DNA of 64,000 nt from Escherichia phage F2, in the sequence record NC_054913.1. The stretch is one strand, 5' to 3'. Below, piece by piece: positions 18,430 through 27,219 of the stretch; within the stretch, counting starts at the first letter, position 1; each line of letters begins with the position of its first letter. Both the position numbers and the translations under genes were made by a program. The notes under the pieces were generated by a model that worked only from the letters and a program-made list of their open reading frames with translations, was not told the origin of the DNA and searched no databases.

Positions 18430-18827
18430 TGTCTAATATCAATAAACTTTATTCAGATATCGACCCAGAAATGCGTATGGATTGGAACAAGGACGTTGCT
18501 CGTTCTGTAGGACTTCGTTCTATTAAAAATAGTCTTCTTGGCATAGTGACAACTAGAAAAGGCTCACGCCCCTTCGACCCTGAATTTGGATGCGATTTGG
18601 TCGACGAACTTTTCGAGAACATGACACCACTTACAGCCGATACGATTGAGCGTAATATCCAGGCAGCTGTTCGTAACTATGAGCCACGCATCGACAAACT
18701 TTCTGTGAGTGTAACGCCAGTATATGATGACTATACGGTTATAGTAGAGATTAGATTTTCGGTCGTAGACAACCCTGACGATATTGAACAAATTAAACTT
18801 CAGTTAGCGTCAAGCAATAGAGTGTAA
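18429..18827 (+). CDS. 25: baseplate wedge protein gp25
   Basis: 132 aa as T4 gp25; synteny. Confidence 0.8.
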   Translation: MSNINKLYSDIDPEMRMDWNKDVARSVGLRSIKNSLLGIVTTRKGSRPFDPEFGCDLVDELFENMTPLTADTIERNIQAAVRNYEPRIDKLSVSVTPVYDDYTVIVEIRFSVVDNPDDIEQIKLQLASSNRV

Positions 18828-18907
18828 TGCTTCAAGGCAACCTATGTATAATGGTTTTAGGTCCTTCCGATACAGCCGGGAGATTATTAGTTAAAAGAGA
18901 GAACATT

Positions 18908-19321
18908 ATGAAGCTGGAAGATTTACAGGAAGAGTTAGACGCAGACTTAGCTATTGATACGACAAAGTTGCAATATGAGACTGCGAATAATGTTAAGTTA
19001 TACAGCAAATGGCTACGTAAGCACTCATTTATTCGTAAAGAAATGTTGCGTATAGAGACTCAGAAGAAAACTGCTCTAAAAGCAAGATTAGACTACTACT
19101 CGGGACGAGGTGACGGTGATGAATTCAGTATGGACCGATACGAGAAGTCTGAAATGAAAACTGTCCTGGCTGCAGATAAAGATGTGCTTAAAATAGAGAC
19201 TACTTTACAATACTGGGGAATTTTACTTGAGTTCTGTAGTGGTGCACTTGACGCAGTTAAGTCTCGTAGTTTTGCACTTAAACATATCCAAGATATGCGA
19301 GAATTTGAAGCGGGGCAATAA
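18908..19321 (+). CDS. uvsY: recombination mediator UvsY
   Basis: 137 aa from ATG 18908 (T4 UvsY 137 aa); position after gene 25. Confidence 0.75.
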   Translation: MKLEDLQEELDADLAIDTTKLQYETANNVKLYSKWLRKHSFIRKEMLRIETQKKTALKARLDYYSGRGDGDEFSMDRYEKSEMKTVLAADKDVLKIETTLQYWGILLEFCSGALDAVKSRSFALKHIQDMREFEAGQ

Positions 19322-19545
19322 TGCGTTATTCAATTGAAGATGCCTTTAATAATGATGAAGAATTTGAAACTGAAATTAAATTCTTAATGGAAAAGTATCA
19401 TCTACGTCGTCAGGATATTCGTATTCTGGCAGACCACCCTTGTGGCGAAGACGTCCTTTATATTAAAGGGAAGTTTGCCGGGTACATCGATGAGTATTTT
19501 TATACAAAAGATATGGGTATCGATATGTGCATGCGAGTGGTATAA
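19321..19545 (+). CDS. hypothetical protein (uvsY.-1 position)
   Basis: 74-aa ORF overlapping the uvsY stop. Confidence 0.5.
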   Translation: MRYSIEDAFNNDEEFETEIKFLMEKYHLRRQDIRILADHPCGEDVLYIKGKFAGYIDEYFYTKDMGIDMCMRVV

Positions 19546-19549
19546 ATAG
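19542..19549 (+). promoter_or_regulatory. late promoter
   Basis: exact TATAAATA 29 bp before ATG 19578. Confidence 0.5.
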
Positions 19550-19577
19550 ATATGTAATTTCAACTTAGGAGGCAATC

Positions 19578-19745
19578 ATGTCAGATAAGATTTGTGTTGT
19601 CTGTAAAACTCCAATCGATTCTGCATTGGTTGTTGAAACAGACAAAGGTCCAGCACATCCTGGTCCTTGTTATAATTATGTCCAACAAATGCCGGTTTCA
19701 GAAAGTTCAGAAGAGCAATTGAACGAAACCCAACTTTTACTATAG
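19578..19745 (+). CDS. small Cys-rich protein (55 aa; uvsY.-2 position), not in the ORF track
   Basis: strong RBS AGGAGG; MSDKICVVCKTPIDS...PGPCYNY zinc-ribbon-like. Confidence 0.45.
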   Translation: MSDKICVVCKTPIDSALVVETDKGPAHPGPCYNYVQQMPVSESSEEQLNETQLLL

Positions 19746-19761
19746 TGTTACCTTTTTTGCC

Positions 19762-19800
19762 TATGGTTTTTGGCCCTTCCAAAAAGGTCGGGCCTTTTTT
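19762..19800. terminator. putative bidirectional terminator
   Basis: TTTTTGG-CCCTT-CCAAAAA and GC hairpin followed by TTTTTT between convergent genes. Confidence 0.4.
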
Positions 19801-19802
19801 AA

Positions 19803-20036
19803 TTAGAAGTCTTCTTCCTCATCCTCATCATCGTTGCCTTCAAGTTCGGCACGCTTACCTGCTAAGGCATCCCTGACAGAAATATCATCTGTATCTTTTA
19901 ATTCCGTTTCTTTTATACGTTTCTTATAATAAGCTTCCAATTCTTCAAGCCCTTCTAAGGTATGACAACTAGCAATTTTACCCATGAATTCGTCAATAGA
20001 TGCTTCGTATAAAAATTGTTTAAATTCAAGTACCAT
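19803..20036 (-). CDS. uvsW.1: UvsW.1-like small acidic protein
   Basis: 77 aa (T4 UvsW.1 76 aa) with acidic C-terminus, directly downstream of uvsW. Confidence 0.6.
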   Translation of the reverse strand: MVLEFKQFLYEASIDEFMGKIASCHTLEGLEELEAYYKKRIKETELKDTDDISVRDALAGKRAELEGNDDEDEEEDF

Positions 20037-20047
20037 TTTTATCTCCT

Positions 20048-20063
20048 AAGGGCCGAAGCCCTT
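20048..20063 (-). promoter_or_regulatory. intercistronic UUCG-type hairpin
   Basis: AAGGGC-CGAA-GCCCTT between the uvsW stop and the uvsW.1 start. Confidence 0.4.
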
Positions 20064-21576
20064 ATAAATTAATTGTTTTCATTACATAGTTAAATTTCTC
20101 ATCAGCGTAACGTTGGATACGATCAATACCGTGTTTTAACAAGTAATTAAGATGAGTATACTTCTTTTTAGTATTTAATGATTTAGGTTTTACACCTGCG
20201 TCATCTATGAGATCCCAAACTGTAGCAACAGCTTTAGAACCATGCTTACGAAGCACACGACCTACGGTTTGAAGTACGATAATTTTTGATTTAACACCAT
20301 GGGCGAAAATAACATGATGAAGATTCTTGACTGAAATACCAGTAGAGAATACTCCATATGATGCGACAATAATAATGCCTTTACCATTTTCTGCCATGAC
20401 TTTAAGCGCGTTACGTGTTTCAGTATCAACTTCACCTGATACGTAATAAACTTTTTCGTATCCAAGCTCTTTAATAGCTTCAAATATTTCTTTACCGTGT
20501 GTAACGTGTTTAAACATTACAAAGGCGTTCTCGTCTTTCTTAGCCAATTTGACTGAAAGTTGAGCAATCCACTTTGTACGTCGTTTTAGTCCAGTAATAA
20601 TTTTAACTTCTTCTTGGTATGTTTTACCTTTTAATTTAACGGCGAATTCGTCCGGATAACGAAGGAAAATACTATTAATCTTAAGCTCAGTTACCTGTCC
20701 GTCTTCCATTAATTTAGACGTGCTAACAGGACGGAAGATTTCGCCGAACATACCTACGTACTGCATTACATTAGCTTTTCCGTCTCTTAATGAGCCAGAT
20801 AAACCGAATTTAAACATGCAATTATTTAATCCTGAGATGATTGAAGAAATACTTTTGCCTGTGGCTAAGTGGCATTCATCGTTCATCATCATACCGAACT
20901 GAGAGAACCATTCTTTAGGCTGCTTAACTACTGTTTGCCATGTACCAACAATAATTGGAGCGTCGTTTTTAGCTCTGTCCGCTTTATCAGCACCACCGCC
21001 AATTTTCTTAATCATCGAATGACTAAACAAACGATAATCAACAAAATCATTAGCCATCTGGGTTGTCAATGCTGTTGTAGGGACGATAATGAGAATTTTA
21101 CCTTCATAGTTCTCTAGATAATATCGAGCTAAAAGTGCTTGGATTAGTGATTTACCTGCTGATGTCGGAAGGTTTAAAATTCGACGACGATTAACTAGTC
21201 CTTCGTATACTGCATCTTTTTGATACCAATGTGGTTCGATTTTGGCGTTGCCCGAATAAATTTCTTGTTTAGAAAGCCATGCGTCAAAATCTTCCCTGGT
21301 AAGGTCTTCAGTCTCAAAGATTTTAGGGTCAATCCATACAGAATAACTCATATTGTTACAGAACTTTTTTATTTGTCCTACAAGTCCATATGGTAACAAA
21401 CGGTTATAATCTAAAAGTCGAATTCTACCATCCCATTGCCCATAGCGATATTTTGGGTTAAATTTATACCCGTCAGCTTCAAAGCTAAAAAAGTCACGAA
21501 GTTCGTAAAACGTACTTTCGTCGCATTCAATGCGCACGTGACTAAAATCATAAAAATGTACTTTAATGTCAGTCAT
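20062..21576 (-). CDS. uvsW: UvsW RNA-DNA / DNA helicase
   Basis: 504 aa versus T4 502; Walker A PTSAGKS, DECH box, SF2 helicase motifs. Confidence 0.85.
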   Translation of the reverse strand: MTDIKVHFYDFSHVRIECDESTFYELRDFFSFEADGYKFNPKYRYGQWDGRIRLLDYNRLLPYGLVGQIKKFCNNMSYSVWIDPKIFETEDLTREDFDAWLSKQEIYSGNAKIEPHWYQKDAVYEGLVNRRRILNLPTSAGKSLIQALLARYYLENYEGKILIIVPTTALTTQMANDFVDYRLFSHSMIKKIGGGADKADRAKNDAPIIVGTWQTVVKQPKEWFSQFGMMMNDECHLATGKSISSIISGLNNCMFKFGLSGSLRDGKANVMQYVGMFGEIFRPVSTSKLMEDGQVTELKINSIFLRYPDEFAVKLKGKTYQEEVKIITGLKRRTKWIAQLSVKLAKKDENAFVMFKHVTHGKEIFEAIKELGYEKVYYVSGEVDTETRNALKVMAENGKGIIIVASYGVFSTGISVKNLHHVIFAHGVKSKIIVLQTVGRVLRKHGSKAVATVWDLIDDAGVKPKSLNTKKKYTHLNYLLKHGIDRIQRYADEKFNYVMKTINL

Positions 21577-21626
21577 GTCAAATTACCATGTAATAAATAT
21601 AGTTATATTTATAATGAGGAAATATC

Positions 21627-22295
21627 ATGATCGATAAAGACTATATTGAAGAGTTACGTGCTCTTTCTGATAAAAAGGAAGCCAAAGCTAAACTGTTTGA
21701 ATATGCGGAACAATTTGGTATTAGTGTTAAGAAAACAAAATCATTCGATAATATTGTTATTGATATCGAAGAAGCTCTTAACGCACTGGCTGATGAACCA
21801 TTACCTGAAACTGATGGATTATCTATCACCGATTTAATTACTGCAGCAGATGATGTGGACGGTGTTAATTTCACCAACGAAGAAGTTAAAGAAGAAGCTA
21901 TTCTGTTGTTTGATTCTCCAACAGAACAAGTTGAAGTATTAGAAGTTGTCGAACAAGAAAAAGAATTCGACCATGATAAATTCGAAGAAGCAATTACTCA
22001 GGTTGTTGAATCTGAAAAAGAGCCTGAGGCAGAGGTAAATAAAGAAGTAAAATTTGTTCTGCCTGAAAATTTTAGTCCTACACTCATTAAATTAGGCAAA
22101 AGCCCAGGATATGTTACTGTTCCTTGGTGGATTTATCAATGGATAGCCGAAACCCCAGATTGGAAATCTCGCCCAACTAGTTTTGTGCATGCTTCTGCTC
22201 ACCAAACATTATTTAGCTTAATTTATTATATTAATCGCGATGGATCAGTTCTAATTCGTGAATCTCGTAATTCTTCTTTCGTAACATTAAAATAA
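21627..22295 (+). CDS. inh: Inh-like protein (putative inhibitor of prohead protease gp21)
   Basis: 222 aa versus T4 Inh 226; acidic central region; position adjacent to hoc. Confidence 0.5.
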   Translation: MIDKDYIEELRALSDKKEAKAKLFEYAEQFGISVKKTKSFDNIVIDIEEALNALADEPLPETDGLSITDLITAADDVDGVNFTNEEVKEEAILLFDSPTEQVEVLEVVEQEKEFDHDKFEEAITQVVESEKEPEAEVNKEVKFVLPENFSPTLIKLGKSPGYVTVPWWIYQWIAETPDWKSRPTSFVHASAHQTLFSLIYYINRDGSVLIRESRNSSFVTLK

Positions 22296-22304
22296 GGATA
22301 ACTT

Positions 22305-23147
22305 ATGGCTTTTACAGTTGATATAACTCCTAAAACACCTACTGGAGTTATAGATGAGACTAAGCAGTTTACTGCTACTCCCAGTGGTGAAACTGGAGGT
22401 GGAACTATTACCTATGCATGGAGTGTAGACGGTGCTCCTCAAGTAGGATCGGCAGAAACTTTTGATTATATGTTAAAAGGACCTGCTGGAACAAAAACAA
22501 TTAAAGTTGTTGCAACAAATACTATTCCTGATACTGAAGCTGAAACAGCAGAAATTACTACGACTATCACGGTTAATAAGAAGACAATGAATCCACAGGT
22601 TACATTGACTCCTCCTTCTATTAACGTTCATCAAGATGCTTCGGCTACATTTACTGCTAATGTAACCGATGCTCCTGAAGAAGCGCAAATCGAATATTCA
22701 TGGAAGAAAGATTCTTCTCCTGTAGAAGGGTCAACTAATGTATATACCGTTGATACTTCATCTGTTGGAAGTCAAACTATTGAAGTTACTGCAACTATTA
22801 CTGCAACTGATTACGATAGCAAAACTATTACAGCAGAAGGTCAAGTTCAAGTGACTGATAAAGTTGCTCAAGAACCAGAAGGTGAATTACCTTATGTTCA
22901 TCCTCTTCCACATCGTACTTCAGCTTATATCTGGTGCGGTTGGTGGGTTATGGATGAAATCCAAAAAATGACTGAAGAAGGTAAAGATTGGAAAACTGAC
23001 GACCCAGATAGTAAATATTACCTGCATCGTTACACCCTTCAGAAGATGATACAAGATTATCCAGAAGTTGATGTTCAAGAATCACGTAATGGATACATCA
23101 TCCATAAAACTGCTTTAGAAACTGGTATCATCTATACCTATCCATAA
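22305..23147 (+). CDS. hoc: Hoc-like highly immunogenic outer capsid protein
   Basis: 280 aa; two Ig-like T/V-rich repeats plus a conserved C-terminal capsid-binding module; T4 Hoc is 376 aa. Confidence 0.7.
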   Translation: MAFTVDITPKTPTGVIDETKQFTATPSGETGGGTITYAWSVDGAPQVGSAETFDYMLKGPAGTKTIKVVATNTIPDTEAETAEITTTITVNKKTMNPQVTLTPPSINVHQDASATFTANVTDAPEEAQIEYSWKKDSSPVEGSTNVYTVDTSSVGSQTIEVTATITATDYDSKTITAEGQVQVTDKVAQEPEGELPYVHPLPHRTSAYIWCGWWVMDEIQKMTEEGKDWKTDDPDSKYYLHRYTLQKMIQDYPEVDVQESRNGYIIHKTALETGIIYTYP

Positions 23148-23152
23148 TCGTA

Positions 23153-23180
23153 AGGGGCTTCGGCCCCTTTCTTCGTTTTT
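23153..23180 (+). terminator. rho-independent terminator
   Basis: AAGGGGC-TTCG-GCCCCTT followed by a T-rich tract. Confidence 0.6.
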
Positions 23181-23234
23181 AAAGCATACAAAACACATCT
23201 TGAGATTGATGTATAATGGCACAAACCAAATGAT

Positions 23235-23441
23235 ATGGGATTGATTATGAGAGTTGAAGTTGAAGTTTATACATTACATGAGGCGGGATTTTCATTCGTA
23301 GAAATTGCTCAAAAAATCGGTTTACAACCTAAAGAAGTTGGATTACTATGGACTAAAGCCGAGACAGCTCGGTCAAAGTTTAAAGCAAAAGAAAAAGTTG
23401 TATACCGTAAACGTTTGATTAACAGAAAGGTGAAGAAATGA
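23235..23441 (+). CDS. hypothetical small protein (possible HTH)
   Basis: 68-aa ORF; alternative start at 23247. Confidence 0.4.
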   Translation: MGLIMRVEVEVYTLHEAGFSFVEIAQKIGLQPKEVGLLWTKAETARSKFKAKEKVVYRKRLINRKVKK

Positions 23442-23689
23442 GTTTTGCACAGGAATTAAGAGAAAGGGCCCTGGCCACTAAAGCCAATTTGTTGAAAGAT
23501 TTTATTGCTAACTTCTCTGTGATGGCAGAGAAAGCCGCTGACAAAGGCCAGACACAATTTACATACTATCCGTCAAAGAATGATTTAACTATCACCGAGC
23601 AAATCGGGGAGTGGTTCCGTGATAACGGCTTTCAGTACAAAATTAATCACGACCAGCGTGATGGGCACTGGATAGAAATCAAGTTCTAG
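23438..23689 (+). CDS. hypothetical protein (83 aa)
   Basis: ORF overlapping the upstream stop (ATGA). Confidence 0.5.
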   Translation: MSFAQELRERALATKANLLKDFIANFSVMAEKAADKGQTQFTYYPSKNDLTITEQIGEWFRDNGFQYKINHDQRDGHWIEIKF

Positions 23690-23691
23690 TA

Positions 23692-23718
23692 TGCTTTACA
23701 TTTTTTGATGGTATAATG
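23692..23718 (+). promoter_or_regulatory. putative middle promoter upstream of rnlB
   Basis: TGCTTTA at 23692-23698 and TATAAT at 23713-23718; spacing 14 bp, slightly long. Confidence 0.35.
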
Positions 23719-23808
23719 AATCTAGGTTCTATCCATTCAAATTAAACATTGGGTCAGAGATAGAGTCTCTGCTAATTATTTTGATATTATTATTTATAAT
23801 GGTGATTT

Positions 23809-24816
23809 ATGTTTAAGAAATACAGCAGTCTTGAAAACCACTACAACTCTAAGTTTATTGAAAAACTCTACACTAATGGTTTGACTACTGGTGTTTGGGT
23901 AGCACGTGAGAAAATCCATGGGACCAACTTCTCGTTAATAATTGAACGTGACAACGTCACATGCGCCAAGCGCACAGGCCCTATTCTTCCAGCAGAAGAT
24001 TTTTACGGCTATGAAATCGTACTCAAGAAGTATGATAAAGCTATTAAAGGTGTTCAAGAAGTCATGGAAAGTATTTCAACTTCAGTGCCGGTGTCATATC
24101 AAGTCTTTGGTGAATTCGCCGGTGGTGGAATCCAGAAAGGTGTTGACTACGGTGAAAAAGATTTTTATGTGTTCGATATCATCATAAACACGGAAAGTGA
24201 TGATACTTATTATATGAGTGATTACGAAATGCAAGATTTCTGTAATACGTTTGGTTTTAAAATGGCACCAATGCTTGGTCGTGGAACATTTGATTCTCTT
24301 ATCATGATTCCAAATGACCTTGATTCCGTCTTAGCCGCTTATAATGCTACTGCGTCAGAAGACCTTGTAGAAGCAAATAATTGTGTATTTGATGCTAATG
24401 TTATTGGCGATAATACGGCAGAAGGTTATGTTCTGAAGCCTTGTTTCCCTAAATGGCTGCCAAACGGTACTCGTGTAGCTATTAAGTGCAAGAACTCTAA
24501 ATTCAGTGAAAAGAAAAAGTCAGATAAGCCTATTAAAACTCAGGTTCCATTATCCGAAATTGACAAAAACTTGCTTGATGTTCTAGCTTGTTATGTTACA
24601 TTAAATCGTGTTAATAATGTGATTTCTAAGATTGGGACTGTAACGCCAAAAGATTTTGGCAAAGTGATGGGATTGACTGTTCAAGATATTCTGGAAGAAA
24701 CTTCTCGTGAAGGTATTGTATTAACATCATCTGATAATCCGAATCTTGTTAAGAAAGAATTAGTCCGAATGGTGCAAGATGTTCTGCGTCCTGCATGGAT
24801 TGAATTAGTATCATAA
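23809..24816 (+). CDS. rnlB: RNA ligase 2
   Basis: 335 aa; near-collinear with T4 Rnl2 from recall ([21 protein letters not shown] ... [12 protein letters not shown] ... [11 protein letters not shown]). Confidence 0.85.
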   Translation: MFKKYSSLENHYNSKFIEKLYTNGLTTGVWVAREKIHGTNFSLIIERDNVTCAKRTGPILPAEDFYGYEIVLKKYDKAIKGVQEVMESISTSVPVSYQVFGEFAGGGIQKGVDYGEKDFYVFDIIINTESDDTYYMSDYEMQDFCNTFGFKMAPMLGRGTFDSLIMIPNDLDSVLAAYNATASEDLVEANNCVFDANVIGDNTAEGYVLKPCFPKWLPNGTRVAIKCKNSKFSEKKKSDKPIKTQVPLSEIDKNLLDVLACYVTLNRVNNVISKIGTVTPKDFGKVMGLTVQDILEETSREGIVLTSSDNPNLVKKELVRMVQDVLRPAWIELVS

Positions 24817-24817
24817 C

Positions 24818-24846
24818 GAAAAAGGGACCGTAAGGTCCCTTTGTTT
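24818..24846. terminator. bidirectional terminator between rnlB and gene 24
   Basis: AAAGGGACC-GTAA-GGTCCCTTT flanked by A and T runs. Confidence 0.6.
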
Positions 24847-26129
24847 TATTCATCAATAATAATTTTTGGTAGCTTAACACCTAATAAAACAGACAAATCT
24901 GAACGTCCTGCCATTTTATCCATGTCCCCACCATCAATTACTCTCGCTTCTTTTTCATCTTTTGCTACTGTGTAAGGATTCGCAGATAAAGCATATCTAA
25001 CCAATAATCCGATAGATGGTTGCAAGCTTTCTGGATCAACTACGACTTTAAATGCACCGACATGTTCCGGGTCATCTAAATCTACTCCTTCAGTGTATGG
25101 AGCATAAAAGATGGACCCCACAATTTCTTTTTCGCCGATATTTTCTACAACACCCACAATAACATAATCTAACGGACTGTTGGTATCGCAGTAAAGAGGT
25201 AATCCATTTGCCAAGAATCCATAAGCATTTTGTGAAAGATACTTGTCATCTTCTGGCTTATGTTTTAACCAACCAGAAGCAGCAAGAATAGCAGCTGCAC
25301 GAGCTGAGGCTACACAAAACGTTGCAGTATAAGTTGTCTCTTTTTGAATGTGTGATACCATTTCACACACCATTCGATATAATGAACGACCTGCTTCTGG
25401 AGCGGATGCATAGCTCAAGTCAATAAATCCGGTGTCAGTAATTCCAGTAACTTTATAACGTTTCGATACAGTAATTAAAGACTGAAGAATATCTTTATTA
25501 ATTTCATCAGCCATTTCAGTAGCAAGCAAATCTTCTAAGAAGTTAGGGGCATCAAATCCATTCGCTTCCAAATCTTGCGCTAATTCAACCGTGAGGCCAG
25601 TTTTAAGTTTACGAGATTTGACTGAAGTTTGCCATTTATTAATCTGGAATCTTGCATCAGAAATTTCGCTATCAGAGCTTTCAAATTTGCTTGTTACCGC
25701 TGCATCTGAAAATAACCGTACCTTTAAATGAACGACTGCAATCTGAAGAGCTAATTCTAGATCACTTTCTTGAATATCTGCAAATGGTGTATCTTCTAAC
25801 ACTTTATAGACGATATTATTATATTTGAAAAAATCGCCTTTATTTAGTGTGACTTTTGATTCTTCTGTGAGCTCAGTAATTTTTTCTCGGTCTACATATC
25901 CAACTTCACCAGCATAAGTAGCACCAGTTTTAAATGTGAATTCGTTATCTGGGTTAAGATATTTGATACCATAAAAAGCAGCAACAGGTTGATTAGTTCT
26001 TTGTGTTGCTACAATGTCAGAATATATTAATTTAGTCGTAGCGCGAGTCAAAGCAACGAGATTTGGGCGACCGATTGAGTTGCTAGTAGACGTTGTAGAT
26101 TCACGCAATAATTTTTGGATTTTACTCAT
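24846..26129 (-). CDS. 24: head vertex protein gp24
   Basis: 427 aa as T4 gp24; gp23 paralogue. Confidence 0.85.
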   Translation of the reverse strand: MSKIQKLLRESTTSTSNSIGRPNLVALTRATTKLIYSDIVATQRTNQPVAAFYGIKYLNPDNEFTFKTGATYAGEVGYVDREKITELTEESKVTLNKGDFFKYNNIVYKVLEDTPFADIQESDLELALQIAVVHLKVRLFSDAAVTSKFESSDSEISDARFQINKWQTSVKSRKLKTGLTVELAQDLEANGFDAPNFLEDLLATEMADEINKDILQSLITVSKRYKVTGITDTGFIDLSYASAPEAGRSLYRMVCEMVSHIQKETTYTATFCVASARAAAILAASGWLKHKPEDDKYLSQNAYGFLANGLPLYCDTNSPLDYVIVGVVENIGEKEIVGSIFYAPYTEGVDLDDPEHVGAFKVVVDPESLQPSIGLLVRYALSANPYTVAKDEKEARVIDGGDMDKMAGRSDLSVLLGVKLPKIIIDE

Positions 26130-26159
26130 TGCATTTTTTCCTTATTGAGAATATAATTT

Positions 26160-26167
26160 TATTTATA
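26160..26167 (-). promoter_or_regulatory. late promoter for gene 24
   Basis: TATTTATA on + (TATAAATA on -) 31 bp before the gene 24 start. Confidence 0.5.
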
Positions 26168-26173
26168 AAAGTG

Positions 26174-26203
26174 GTTTACACACAAAAAGTGTTGTGTTAC
26201 TAT
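26174..26203 (+). promoter_or_regulatory. T4-type early promoter
   Basis: GTTTAC at 26174-26179, 18-bp spacer, TACTAT at 26198-26203, shared downstream block TAGACCTATCAA. Confidence 0.55.
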
Positions 26204-26232
26204 AGACCTATCAAAACATGAGGAGATTAAAA

Positions 26233-26499
26233 ATGAACAAATTAAACTTTATCCGTACCACACTTTCTAACCTTGACAAAGACATCAAAGCTCTGGTAGA
26301 AAAATTTGGTACCAATCCTAATGGTAATGCAGTTAATGCATTGGTTAAGAAATACGAAGCCCTGGCTTATGAAACTGACTTCTGGTGGAACGGTGAATAT
26401 TCTACCCATACCAAAGACAAATCTGGTAACTGGCTGAAAATCCAAGAAAATCGTATTGACTTCCGTGATATCATCAACCGTCGTGTCAAAGCAGCGTAA
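26233..26499 (+). CDS. hypothetical protein (88 aa)
   Basis: ATG 26233 after RBS GAGGAG; track start at 26218 is upstream in frame. Confidence 0.5.
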   Translation: MNKLNFIRTTLSNLDKDIKALVEKFGTNPNGNAVNALVKKYEALAYETDFWWNGEYSTHTKDKSGNWLKIQENRIDFRDIINRRVKAA

Positions 26500-26502
26500 A
26501 TT

Positions 26503-27162
26503 ATGAATTATTTAATTTACAAAATAACCAATCTCATTAATAACAAGATTTATATTGGAGCCCATGCCACTACAGATGTTAACGATTCTTATATGGGTTC
26601 CGGGGTTAACATAGTAAAATCCATAAAGAAATACGGCTTAGAGAATTTTAAAAAGGAAATCCTTTTCAATTTCGAAACATCTGAAGAGATGTATGCTAAG
26701 GAAGCCGAACTAGTTGACGAGGCTTTTGTCATGAGAACAGATACTTATAATGCCGCCTTAGGCGGCAAGGGTAATCCTGTTATAGTAGCTTTACAGGAAC
26801 CTGGGTATCGTGAGATGTTATCCGAAAAGACAAAAGCTGGTATGACTGAAGAAGTTCGGGCCAAAATATCTAAAAAGAAATTAGGTTCTAAAGAATCTAA
26901 AGAACATCGAGAAAACAAATCTATATCAAATAAAAAGTTTTATAAAAATAGAGATTCTCATCTTAAAGGTAGAAAACTATCAGAAGAGCATAAAGCAAAA
27001 ATTAGAAAGAATTCTAATAAAGGTAAGAAATTTGTATTTGTGGATATTTCTATTAAAGGTCATGAATTTAACCACTACGATTACGCTGCCGAATTCTTTA
27101 ACGTATCCGCAAAAACTATAAGAAATTGGATTAATGAACGCGATGATTGTTTTAAGCTATAG
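26503..27162 (+). CDS. GIY-YIG homing endonuclease (segD-like position)
   Basis: N-terminal YLIYKITN...IYIGAH GIY-YIG motif with downstream E and N residues; T4 has segD between genes 23 and 24. Confidence 0.75.
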   Translation: MNYLIYKITNLINNKIYIGAHATTDVNDSYMGSGVNIVKSIKKYGLENFKKEILFNFETSEEMYAKEAELVDEAFVMRTDTYNAALGGKGNPVIVALQEPGYREMLSEKTKAGMTEEVRAKISKKKLGSKESKEHRENKSISNKKFYKNRDSHLKGRKLSEEHKAKIRKNSNKGKKFVFVDISIKGHEFNHYDYAAEFFNVSAKTIRNWINERDDCFKL

Positions 27163-27172
27163 AAACAAGAAT

Positions 27173-27190
27173 GGGAGACCGGAGTCTCCC
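27173..27190. terminator. hairpin between convergent genes (putative terminator)
   Basis: GGGAGAC-CGGA-GTCTCCC. Confidence 0.45.
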
Positions 27191-27219
27191 ATAAGGTTAT
27201 GTATTTTAACGTTAAAGCA

